From positions 25,544,001 to 25,608,000 of the forward strand of contig OX597835.1 in NCBI GenBank assembly GCA_951406725.2: a DNA stretch of 64,000 nt, in the 5' to 3' direction. This document shows, in pieces, positions 13,001-24,589 of the stretch. The DNA is from Octopus vulgaris. Lineage: Eukaryota. The notes beneath the pieces were generated by a model that had not been told where the DNA came from, made no database searches, and was given only the letters and a program-made list of their open reading frames with translations. The position numbers and the translations under genes are program-made. Position 1 is the first letter of the stretch; the number at the start of each line of letters is the position of its first letter.

Positions 13001-13749
13001 ATAATTAACAATACCAAAGGGTAATCTGAAATATTAGAAATTTCATTACCAGTGGCCTAGCGTGTAAGAATTTAGTCAATAGACTATATATTATTCATAT
13101 AAATAGTGTTCATTTAAACACATAAGAGGTATCCATCATAGGACTACCTCCACACTAGAGAGGGCAGTTAAATTCCAAACCACTATTAGGGATAAAATTT
13201 CGAATGGAGTGAAAAATAAAACCATTTACCATCTAACTCCTGGACCAATGGTTTCAGACTTTTTTTAGCAAATAAAATAATTTGCTAGGCAAAGCTTTCT
13301 TCAGCAGGTACACCTTAGATTAAATATACATACACGAAGCAATCCAGTATATGCCCCGTGCTTATACATTCTAATTTTTCAAATCTACTGCAGAAGCGCA
13401 ACTCCCTGTCGGTAGTACATAAATATGCCGGCCTTTTTCATTTCGAAAATTATCTAAGAAAAAATTTATCAATAATTAATAATATCAAAGGGTAATCTGA
13501 AATATTAGAAATTTCAATTTCCAGTGGCTTAGAGTGCAAAAAAATTTAATCAATAGACTATATATTATTCATATAAATACAGTGTACATTTAAACATAAA
13601 AGAGGTATCCATCATAGGACTACCTGCACGCTAGAAAGGACAGTTAAATTCCAAACCGCTATTAGGGATAAAATTTCGAATGGAATGAAAAATAAAAACA
13701 TTTACCATCTAACTCCTGGACCAATGGTTTCAGACTTTTTTTAGCAAAT
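13001..13749 (-). mobile_element. Tandem ~476-bp non-autonomous element (about 1.6 copies) carrying a hammerhead; Penelope pLTR- or retrozyme-like
   Basis: 13001-13273 is repeated at ~13472-13749. It abuts (TA)n on the left and is cut by a mariner remnant on the right. Confidence 0.6.
13239..13308 (-). ncRNA. Type-I hammerhead ribozyme candidate, family C
   Basis: Minus strand reads CCTG-CTGAAGA-A-AGCTTTGCC-TAGCAAAT-tatttt-ATTTGCTA-AAAAAAGTCT-GAAA-CCATTGG-TC-CAGG: intact core, three stems and a GUC cleavage triplet. Confidence 0.7.
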
Positions 13750-14633
13750 GTCCATCAAATATGGTGGGTGGGGCATCATATCCCATTCAAACTGCTCCAG
13801 CCTTTGGAATGTCATCCTCGCTATATGTGGTTGAGCATTATCCTGATGGAAGAACACCTTTCATCTTGAAACCAAAAATGGTCGTTTTTTTCCTAGCACT
13901 GACTGACTCAAGCCACTCAAGCTGCTCTCAGTAGATTTTTCTTTCTTATCGTTTGGTTTGGGTTTAAAAGTTGAAACTAAAAGATTCAAACTAAACCCTT
14001 CGTATTCCACCAAACAGATAACACATTATGTGAGTGACGACCTCCTTTAGCCTGGGGTACTGGTGTTTCTCCTTTCCCTACCCACTGTCTTCAGCGCTTG
14101 ACATTTTTATAGAGAACCCATTTATTCGGTTCAAAATATGTGGCCAGAAAAGATGTAACAGCAATGAAGAACACATATTCACTCCCTGCAAGTGATTAGA
14201 CTCGAAAAGTTTGGGAGGGACCCATTGACCCAATTTGCTGACTTTTCTGATGACATTCAGGTGTCGATGAATGGTTGAATTACCAAATCCAAGCTTCGCT
14301 GCTAGTTCCTCAACAGTTACAATGGGATTTTGTTTCACCAGGGTTTGCAGGACATCCTCATCAAGCTCTACAGATCTTCCAGGATGAGGCTTATGCTTAT
14401 TGTCCGATCCCCATATACTGCATTAATATTCCTCGCACTTTCCGTTGCGTTGTTGCCTTTATTGAACTCATTAAGCAAAATATGCCAAATATGCTCCTTT
14501 GTCACTTCCCTTATAGCTTAGAAAAAATAACTGTTAAAATTGAACTGCACTCTTCAAAACTTGCACTAAGAATAAGGAATAACGTAAAATTACTACCTGC
14601 TTTTATAGCAAGTTGATGCTGGTATCTTATGAT

Positions 14634-14640
<7 letters not shown>
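13749..14640 (-). mobile_element. Mariner transposase remnant (pseudogenised)
   Basis: N-terminal EVTKEHIWHILLNEFNKGNNATESARNINAVYG; KLGQWVPPKL (WVPHEL motif); FHQDNAQPH; MPHPPY; multiple frameshifts and stops. Confidence 0.9.
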
Positions 14641-14675
<35 letters not shown>

Positions 14676-14701
14676 TGTATATATATATATATATATATAT
14701 G

Positions 14702-14749
<48 letters not shown>

Positions 14750-15270
14750 TATGCATGTATATATATATATATACACGCATGCACACATGTATATATAGAC
14801 ACACACACACTCATGTATATACACCCACACGTGTATATATATATATATATATATACATGCACACATGTATACACACACACACATATATATAGACACATGC
14901 AGACACACACACAGACTCATGTTTACCCTCCCCCCCCTGGGTTTTATCGGTTTCTGTACCAAATCCTCTTTCAACATTTTGGTCGATTTGGGGCTATAAT
15001 AGAAGACACTTGCCATGCAGTGGGACTGAACCTGGAACCATGTGGTTGGGAAGCAAACTTTTTACCACACAGCCACACCTGTAAATCACTGTATCAGACT
15101 GTTCCAAGAGTACAAGGTATATTTATCCAATGCTTCAATGGTTCTTTTAATGTACCATATCACTGAATAATGGATTTGAAGAAAAGGTATTTTGACCTAT
15201 TTTCTGTCAACAGTGCCAAAAATATCTCCAAAATAACTACATTCATATTTGTGTGTTTGCTTGCTCGGTT

Positions 15271-15305
<35 letters not shown>

Positions 15306-15474
15306 AACTAAAGTGATTTATCATCAGATTGTTCACATGTGACTTCAACACCTCAGGTAGCAACTGCTCCGGTTTGGGTTTCATAAACTATAAATCAGAG
15401 TTATTGAGAACATATTTTAGCCTAGTTTCGATCAACAACACAAAAAACACAAACACTTACACCACCAACGCCCA

Positions 15475-15505
<31 letters not shown>

Positions 15506-15861
15506 GAATGTCAAGGGCAAAAACCTGTACCTCACCCTTTACTAAGTGCAAACATTATATTAAAAAAACCCATAAAAAAATCACAGGGTCACATGATTTA
15601 TGATCATCTCTAATGGTGACCACCCCTCCGCACACATATATATTCCATATTTTATCTTTTACTATTTACAGCCATTAGACTGTGGCCATGCTGAGGCACC
15701 GTCTTGAGTTTTGCGTTGAATGAATCGACCACAGGACTTCTTTTTTATGCCTGGTATTAGTCACTTTTGCTGAACTGCTAAGTTACAGGCATCTAAATGC
15801 ACCAACATTGGTTGTCAAGTGATGGTGGGGGAACAAACACAGATGCAAAGACACACACATA

Positions 15862-16072
15862 AATATATATATGTGACTGTGTATGTAACGTTGGCGATTT
15901 TTTTTCCTCTGTCTTCCCTTCTTTGGATCTTTCCTTCTATGTTTCCGACGAAGAGCTCTGCTCGAAACGTTAAACCCCCCTTCTTCCCTTCCTTCCTGAG
16001 CGTCCAATAATACTATATTTGTTCCATGTCCTTGTGCTGTTGTGTTTTTTCTTTGTGTTTTCGTGTTTGGAT

Positions 16073-16080
<8 letters not shown>
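15862..16080 (+). mobile_element. Short TA-flanked non-autonomous element, family A (hammerhead-bearing)
   Basis: Homologous copies at ~23930-24131 (-) and ~29458-29670 (-); each is bounded by (TA)n. Confidence 0.7.
15941..15975 (+). ncRNA. Minimal hammerhead-ribozyme-like motif, family A (core CCGACGA)
   Basis: GTTT-CCGACGA-A-GAGC-tct-GCTC-GAAA-CG-TT-AAAC; palindromic stem III ACGT. Confidence 0.55.
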
Positions 16081-16133
<53 letters not shown>

Positions 16134-16291
16134 GTTATGAGAGGTAATGGTGTCAATAAGTCCCAAAGTTGTCAGGTAATGCTGAGTAAGTGCTATTGAC
16201 AGACTATAGTTAAGCTCCAGGTTCGGTGATTATGCGAATAAGGAGTCCAACATAGGTCATATATCAGCATGTGTATATATAGAAAAAAAAA

Positions 16292-16495
16292 TTTCATAAT
16301 GAGATAAAAATCCAAGGGTGTGAAAGTTTTTAGAACATTTATAAATAGAAGGTCTTACAGCTGTCTCCAGGATATTCCATATATCCCTTCATCAATGAAG
16401 GGATATATAGAATATCCCGCAGACAACTGTAAGACCTTCTATTTATAAATGTTCTAAAATCTTTCACACCCTTGGATTTTTATCTCATTATGAAA
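16292..16495. repeat. Near-perfect fold-back palindrome, 101-bp arms and 2-nt loop, with degenerate hammerhead in both arms
   Basis: Centre CTTCAT-CA-ATGAAG. Arms read TGATGA-A-GGGATAT-atrga-ATATCCY-GSAGA-CARCTG-TA. Confidence 0.85.
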
Positions 16496-16558
<63 letters not shown>

Positions 16559-17349
16559 ACAAGCTTCTTTCAGTTTCCATCTAACAAATCCACACACAAG
16601 GCTTTGGTTGACCTGAGACTATAGTAGAAGACACTTGCTCAAGGTGCCATGCAGTGAGACTGAACTTGGAACCATGTGGTTGGGAAGCAAGCTTCTTACC
16701 ACACAGCCACGCCTGCACCTTTCATTGCATTATATACTCTACTGTGTAGAAGCCTTCCAGATGGATTGTATCACTAATTCTAAGGTAATGGCTCACCACT
16801 CTGTTCCATGCTGATTCTGCTTCAGGTGTATGGGAAAGAACACATGACTGCAAAGTACTCAGCCGCTTAAGTATTAATTCAGGAGCAGGTAACTCAGTTG
16901 ATAGAACAACTGTGAACACATGGTTGGTAATTATAACCATACATTGTGTTATATATATATATATATTTTAATTGAAGCTTACAGTATTATATGTCCATTA
17001 TGGTTGATCCTACCAATTGGTTTTGTACTAGGAGTATAATGGAGAGTTAGGTAAAAGTCTGATTATATAACCCTGCGCTCATCAGAGGTAGACATTATGG
17101 AATGACTTATGGCTGATACACAGAAAAGTAACCTGGGTTCTATAGCATAGTGTAAATACAGAAATAAATTTACACATGCAAAAAAAGCATTCAGCCACTT
17201 GTTTGCAAGTGCCATTGTGTTATTTTGACTTGAAAAGTAGCTCAGGTTTTGTAGCATGGTGTAAATGTAAAAATAAAGTTATACACTTAAAAAAGCACTC
17301 AGCCTTTTGATTGCAAGTGCCATTGTGTTATTGCAACCACTTGTAGTTG

Positions 17350-17830
17350 CTGAAGAAAGATGGCGCACTAGTTGATTGCTTGCTGTGTTATCCTCACCAC
17401 ATTCTCACTACATTAGTTGATTGTAGGATTGCATTGGGTGAACATCTCTAATCTTTTATGTAAGATGATGTACTCAATAGTGAGAGGAATGGAGACTGTG
17501 GAAGTGTATGTGAGAATGGGTTCTGTGAAGCAAATGCATGAAATTTCTGAAGTCAAGTTCCCAGGTAAAGGTTTAGCAACAAAGAGAATGACACAAATGT
17601 TGGTTAAGAAGTGGTGTGCTTTGAGAGGAGTGTACAAAGCCCAGAAAACAAAGACCCTACAGTCCGTCTACTGGAAGTTATTCAGGATATTTGGTAAAGG
17701 ATTACTCAGACTTCAAACAAATCAACATGCAAATTGGCACAACAGTCTCATATGAGCAGGATTTCATGTCAACGGAGGTGGGTTGAAAAGTCTAAATTGA
17801 AGTCATATCATTTCGCATGTGTACAGCGAT
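17350..17830 (+). mobile_element. Degenerate, internally deleted Tc1/mariner-superfamily transposase
   Basis: MYSIVRGMETVEVYVRMGSVKQMHEISEVKFPGKGLATKRMTQMLVKKW resembles the N-terminal HTH (DUF4817-type) of such transposases; upstream AGATGGCGC motif. Confidence 0.45.
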
Positions 17831-18114
17831 TAAAAGCAGGATGATAAGAGGAATTGAGTAAATTACTGCACATGGCTTCTGAACAGTGGTTACAAGCAGT
17901 TGAAATAACTCAATGATACTTGCATTTTTGTGTGTGTATTTGTATTTTCACTGTGCTACGGAACCTGGGCTACTTTCTTGTGTGCCATACTGTATATGTA
18001 TATATATGTGTGTTCATGTGTGTGTGTGTGTGTGTACACATATATATACACATATGTATATGTATATATATATATATGTATACATATATATGCATATATA
18101 TGTATGTATGTATG

Positions 18115-18150
<36 letters not shown>

Positions 18151-18266
18151 CAGTAAAACAATTAAGATTCAAGTGAGTTCCAATGAGTTCACATGAATGT
18201 GGTACTTAACTTAGATGCTATAATTCTTTATGGTATTAACCATAAAATAATGTGGGGTGATTATAT

Positions 18267-18307
<41 letters not shown>

Positions 18308-18731
18308 TTCAATAAAGTTACAACATGGTCTGGTTTTGACATATTTTATTAGTGTATTTAAAAAAAATTCTTTGTAATGTTGCAGTGTGTTAAATGTTAA
18401 AAAACCCCCCAAAAAACTTTCGTATTAGTCATCGGATTTCAAAATGTATTTAACTGACAGTTGTATTCTTGACAACTGTAGTAGAATGACTGATTTCTTC
18501 CATTTTATACCTGTTAGAAGGCTCCGACAAGCTGAATTTTTCGAATACGGTTTTGACCAATCAGCATGCAGCTTAAACATCACGTTTTGCCAGGTGCACT
18601 GATATTACTAGCATAGATCCCAATTATCTTATGGTTTACATGTAATGGTTTTATGGGTGAGCAAACTTAGTTGATTTCGATCGTTTTTATTCCAGTTGGT
18701 GGGAGTCTTCTGTAATTTGTTTATATTCATA

Positions 18732-19130
18732 CTAGCAGTATCGCCCGGCGTTGCTTGGGTTTGTAAGGGAAATAACTATATAAGCATTTTTAGAGATGTA
18801 AAGTATAATAGCCATCTCAATATGGCTAACCACAAAGAGGAGGGGGTGTTACTGTAGCTTTTTATGTTCTGAGATTTAATAATAAATTTTTAGAGAGTTA
18901 CTTCCCTTATATATGCCAAAAATGCATTAAAAATGGGAAAAATTGATGGTAAGTTATTTTTAAAATCATAGACTCATCGTAGACGAGCGCTAATACCCAG
19001 AAGGGCTCGATATGAATCATGACTATAAGATACCCGGTTTTGGTTAAACTGCACCGCAAAATGTGGGAGTAGTTAGGAATCTAAACCGTAGGAGACAGAC
19101 AGCACACAACCTCTCTTTTATATATAAAGA
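18732..19130 (-). mobile_element. Non-autonomous Helitron
   Basis: Minus strand begins TCTTTATATATAAAAGAG and ends with hairpin CCCAAGCAACGCCGGG-cgatactg-CTAG; inserted between A and T. Confidence 0.8.
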
Positions 19131-19189
19131 TGTTAAAGATATTTTTTAATCCACATCATTAACTCGTTGTTATATTATTATTGTTATTT

Positions 19190-19618
19190 CCGTTCAGAAC
19201 AGGTTTTAACATTTTAATAAAACGTTTTCCTTTTATCTTTCTTCCAACCTCACTTGTGTCATGCAGTTTGTGGAAAGGAAAAATTAGAAACCTTTTCTGA
19301 CCACATGCTTCTATATGTTTGTTCAATGGAATTTGGTGAACATTAGTGTTCTAAATTTGTTGTCTGTGGACTCGTGAGCATTCTGATAATGCATTCCTCA
19401 CAATTTGGGTATTTAATGCAGTAGATCAAAATTCTGCTTTTGCAGTTCATATTTGCATTTGCGAAAATCTGCCCATTTTTTTTTTTAGTTCTAATGGGTC
19501 TACCAGTATGCATGTAAGGACACATTCCACATCTGTTATCATTACACTTGGATACTGTGAATGTTTTATCCTGTTTGTTCATGTTGAATTTTGCCTTTGT
19601 TAATAGTTTCTTTAGGTT
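19190..19618 (-). mobile_element. Penelope-like element GIY-YIG endonuclease remnant (Cys-rich linker type)
   Basis: NLKKLLTKAKFN...KCNDNRCGMCPYM...NCKSRILIYCIKYPNCEE...HIEACGQKRFLIFPFHK...RKIKGKRFIKMLKPVLN. Confidence 0.8.
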
Positions 19619-19875
19619 ATGTGGTTGCCTTTTGCTTATGGGTTGGATAGTTTGACCAGGGCTGGTAAACTGGAAGGCTGTACCAGACTCCAGCCTGATT
19701 TACCATGGTTTCTATGGCTGGATGCTCTTCCTAACATCAACCACTCCAAGAGTGTAATGTGTGCTTTTATGTGCTACCAGCACAGGTGTCATTTGCATGA
19801 CACCAGTAACTGCCACAACTATGGTTTTACTTGGCTTGGTGGGTCTTCTTCTCAAGCATGGCATAAATATATGTA

Positions 19876-19940
<65 letters not shown>

Positions 19941-20319
19941 AGGTTTTAGTTGCTAATTTTGTACAAGACATTGTAGATTTTTAGCTGGGCTAAAAAGTCA
20001 CATTCGATCACAGCACCAGTAACAGTTAAGCTTTGTGCAATGGGCATACTCAATAACGAGGGGGCAGCCATAATAATAATGTATGTATGTATGTATGTGT
20101 ATGTGTGCATATTAGACATTAAACTGCATCCAGGGATTAGGCCCCGATTTGGGAGTTCTGGAGTTGTGGTGAACATGGAATCACCCCCTGATTACCATTA
20201 TCCCCTGGTCCGTTCTGACCTGCAATGGTAGTACCAATCAGGATCCCATCTATGGGGTTAAATAGATTTCCCAGGGGTAGAGGTAAAGAAAGTTACCTTC
20301 TTGCCTCATGCAGACTTAT

Positions 20320-20782
20320 AAGGGCCGGTTTCCCGGTTTCCATGGAGTATAAATTCCTCACCTGGATGGGACGCCAGTCCATTGCAGGATTACTCATTTT
20401 TGCCAGCTGAGTGGACTGGAGTAATGTGAAATGAAGTGTTTTGCTCAAGAACACAACACATTGCCTGGTCCAGGAATCGAAACCACAATCTTACAATCAC
20501 GAGTCCAACACCCTAAATACTGAGCCACACTGAGTGGACTGGATTAATGTGAAATAAAGTGTTTTGCTCAAGGACACAACATGTTGCCTGGTCCAGGAAT
20601 TGAAACCACAATCTTACAATCATGAGTCCAACACCCTAAATACTGAGCCACACTGAGTGGACTGGATTAATGTGAAATGAAGTGTTTTGCTCAAGAACAC
20701 AATGCGTTGCCCAGTCCAGGAATCAAAACCACAATCTTACAATCACGAGTCCAACACCCTAACCACTAAGCCATATGCCTCC
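20320..20782 (-). mobile_element. tRNA-derived SINE with head/core triplicated in tandem (~122-bp period)
   Basis: CTGAGTGGACTGGA recurs at ~20408, 20530 and 20653. A single-unit relative is at 41936-42180 (+). Confidence 0.75.
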
Positions 20783-21141
20783 ACAGGGGGAGAGTACAAT
20801 CCTTTTATTTTTGACAAGCCCCGTAGGGAAGCCAGCACTTCCAGGAGAAAGATACTATGATGTAAAACTTGCAGTCAAGATTGTTGTCAGTCATCTTGCA
20901 ATGGAATTTACTATGGCGACTGAGAGACTGACAAAAGTGTTGTACAAGCTTTTGTTACTTGAATCCAATGACGTATGGATGTACCACTTCCGTTTAACGT
21001 GAGATGACTGACATCTGACAAACTGAGGTAGACATCACATGTGTATGTATATGTATATATACATACAAATACATACATACACACACAAACACACAGACAC
21101 ACATACACACACATGTATGAATAAATTTATGTATGAATATT

Positions 21142-21192
<51 letters not shown>

Positions 21193-21217
21193 ATATATAT
21201 ACACATACATATATATA

Positions 21218-21430
21218 AGGCAGCAAGCTGGCAGAAATGTTAGCATGCCGAGTGAAATGTTTAGCGGTATTTCGTCTGTCTTTACATTTTGTGTTCAAAT
21301 TCTGCTGAGGTTGACTTTGCCTTTCATCCTTTTGGGAGTCGATAAATTAAGTACAGGTTTAGTACTGGGGTCGATCTAGTTGACTAGCCCCCTCCCCCTA
21401 AATTTCAGGTCTTGTGCCTAGAATAGAAAA
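21218..21430 (+). mobile_element. tRNA-derived SINE family 2 (Meta-domain-like core)
   Basis: GGTTGACTTTGCCTTTCATCCTTT...GTCGATAAATTAAGTAC core. Other copies at ~3240-3455(-), 27783-28017(+), 34957-35190(+), 38362-38590(-), 48925-49115(+), 49400-49550(-) and 54580-54980(-). Confidence 0.75.
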
Positions 21431-21459
21431 GAACATTTATATATATATATATATATATA

Positions 21460-21855
21460 TCTTTATATATAAAAGAGAAGTTGTGTGTCTGTCTCCTACG
21501 ATTTAGATTCCTAACTACTCCCACATTTTGCGGTGCAGTTTAACCAAAAGCGGGTATCTTATAGTCGTGATTCATATCGAGCCCTTCTGGGTATTAGTGC
21601 GCGTCTACGATGAGTCTACGATTTAAAAAAAAATTTACCATCATTTTTTTCCATTTTAATGCATTTTTTCGCTATTATATAAGGGAAGTAACTCTCTAAA
21701 AATGTCTACGATGAGTCAACGATTTAAAAAAAAATTCACCATCATTTTTTTCCATTTTTAATGCATTATTTTGCTATTTTTTGGCTATAACTCTCTAAAA
21801 ATGCTTATATAGTTATTTCCCTTACAAACCCGAGCAACGCCGGGCGATACTGCTA

Positions 21856-21856
<1 letters not shown>
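21460..21856 (+). mobile_element. Non-autonomous Helitron
   Basis: A|TC start, 3' hairpin CCCG-agcaacgc-CGGG, CTAG|T end, inserted in (TA)n; inverted relative to 18732-19130. Confidence 0.85.
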
Positions 21857-21893
<37 letters not shown>

Positions 21894-22428
21894 TTTATTT
21901 TAAGCAGCAGAAAATTCAACAAAATCTGTTACTCTGAGTTTCTCATTGCCGTTCATCCAAAATTAGTGAATGGGGTAGATAAAATCCAGGCTACATATGT
22001 TTATTTGCATACACAGTAATCTCAGGTGTTAAGTGTAAGCTATAAGATAACTTTTTTCAGCTTATCGTACTTTGATATGGAAAAGTCTACAACCTTCTAT
22101 TGTTCTACAACCACTATTGTTCCTGAAAGTTGTTTTTTTATACTTTCTATGGACCGTTTGAAGATCACTAACTTCTTAAACTTTATATACATATACATAT
22201 ATGTGTGTGTGTGTGTGTGTTGTATATGATTGATTGCTAGCCCCTAAACCTTTTTTTATTTTCTCTCTGTGTTTATTTCTCTGTTCCTTTCAGCCGAAGA
22301 GCATAGGCTCGAAACGTAAAAGACTTTCTCATTCTTGAGCGTTTAACTAATACATCTGTTTGTTGTTTACACACCTGTCTTCATCTTTTGTTTGGTTTTT
22401 GTATATGTGTGTATAGGTGCTTGTGCCT

Positions 22429-22462
<34 letters not shown>

Positions 22463-22632
22463 TGATAAATAAATAAGCATCACATTTGACAGAGACATAT
22501 TCTGAATGCTAAAGAGAACTTTGGGCAAGTGTCTTCTGCTATAGCCCCGGGCCAACCGAAGCTTTGTGATTGAATTTGGTAGGTGGAAGTTACTGCCGTA
22601 TGTGTATATGTGTGTGTAGGTGGCTGTGCCTC

Positions 22633-22704
<72 letters not shown>

Positions 22705-23542
22705 ATCATCATCATCATCATCATCATCATTGTTTAGCATCCGCTTTCCATGCTGGCATGGGTTGGACGGTTCAACTGGGGTCTGGGAAGCCAGAAGGCT
22801 GCACCAAGCCCAGTCTGATCTGGCAATGTTTCTACGGCAGGACGCCCTTCCTAACGCCAACCAATCCATGAGTGTAGTGGGTGCTTTTTATGTACCAGAC
22901 GAGGCTGGTAAACGGCCACGATCGGATGGTGCTTTTTACGTGCCACCGGCGCGGAGGCCAGGCGAGGCGATAAATAAATAAGCAGCACATTCGACAGAGA
23001 CATATTCTGAATGCTAAAGGGAACTCCAGGTCACTGAACTTGTTGATTTTCAGATTACAGACATTCCACTATAAATCTTTATTCTTTATGGAATGCATAC
23101 ATCCCAGATTTTTACTGTTCCTTTCCATGTCAATATCCTTGTACATCCCACCTTAACACTTTAAATCTTCATAAGTACTTCAACTATGACATCAACTTTC
23201 AGAACAATGAAATATGCTGTGATTGCTACTTAAGGATCACTAATCACGTTCGAGTTAACGAGGGCGTCTCCAGTTAGTCATTTAGCCTGCTAGGAGTAGC
23301 TCCCCAATTTTTTTTCAAATTACAGGTGTCACTGTCTCGTTAAAAAGCTTGCTTCCCAACTGATTGGACTTGGGTTCAATCTCACTGTGTGGCACCTTGG
23401 GCAAGTGTCTTCTATAGCTCTGTGCCTATCAAAACATTGTTAGTCAATTTGGTTGACAGAAACTGAAAGAAACCTATCATATACATACATACATATAGGC
23501 ATACTGTATATATATATATATATATATGCTTGTGTGTCTGTG

Positions 23543-23590
<48 letters not shown>

Positions 23591-23742
23591 ATACATATTT
23601 AATATAAATATATATTTAATATAAATATATATTTAATATATGTATATTTAATATATGTACAAATGTATATTACATATAGTATATATATATATATATGTAC
23701 ACTCACTTTGTGTGTGTGTGTATATATATATATATAAATAAC

Positions 23743-23804
<62 letters not shown>

Positions 23805-23863
23805 TCATCGTTTATCATCATCGTTTAACGTCCATTTTCCGCGCTAAAGCAATATATATACAT

Positions 23864-23932
<69 letters not shown>

Positions 23933-24024
23933 TAATCCAAACAAGAAAGCACAAAAAACACAATGCGAGGACGTTGAACAAGTATAGTATTATTGGACGC
24001 TCAGGAAAGAAGGAAAGAAGGAGG

Positions 24025-24059
24025 GTTTAACGTTTCGAGCGGAGCTCTTCGTCGGAAAC
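24025..24059 (-). ncRNA. Minimal hammerhead-ribozyme-like motif, family A
   Basis: Minus strand reads GTTT-CCGACGA-A-GAGC-tcc-GCTC-GAAA-CG-TT-AAAC. Confidence 0.55.
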
Positions 24060-24151
24060 ATAGGAGAAGGAAAGATCCAGAGAAGGGAAGACAGAGGAAA
24101 AAAAATCGCCAACAGTACACACGCGGTCACATATATATATGTATAATTATT

Positions 24152-24308
24152 AAAATTATAAACAAGGGTATCTAAGAGATCCCAACATGGTTGAAATAGC
24201 AGTCAAAACTTGACTCTAAAAGCACATCAATGATGTGGTTTTAGAGTCAGGTTTTGACTGCTATTTCAAGCATAGTGGTATCTCTTAGATACCCTTGTTT
24301 ATAATTTT
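24152..24308. repeat. Fold-back palindrome, ~78-bp arms
   Basis: Centre CACATCA-A-TGATGTG; outer AAAATTATAAACAAGGGTATCTAAGAGAT pairs with ATCTCTTAGATACCCTTGTTTATAATTTT. Confidence 0.85.
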
Positions 24309-24384
24309 TGTAATTATTATAATCTATAAGGGTTTTTTCTTCCCTTGCTGCCATTTGATAACGAACTTATCCTTATTTATATAG

Positions 24385-24450
<66 letters not shown>

Positions 24451-24589
24451 GCACTCACTCATGTGTGTATATATATGTGTATGTGTGTGTGTGTGTTTAT
24501 ATATATATTCAAGCAGATTGGAGGCTGCCAGTTCACAATTTCCCTGACACTCCTCCGTGGGTTGACAGGAGAGACTTTTAAAGAATGTG

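Noticed and set aside
14511-15166. YI/CV/HT-repeat ORFs here and throughout the window
   Set aside because: Translations of (TA)n, (TG)n and (CA)n microsatellites.
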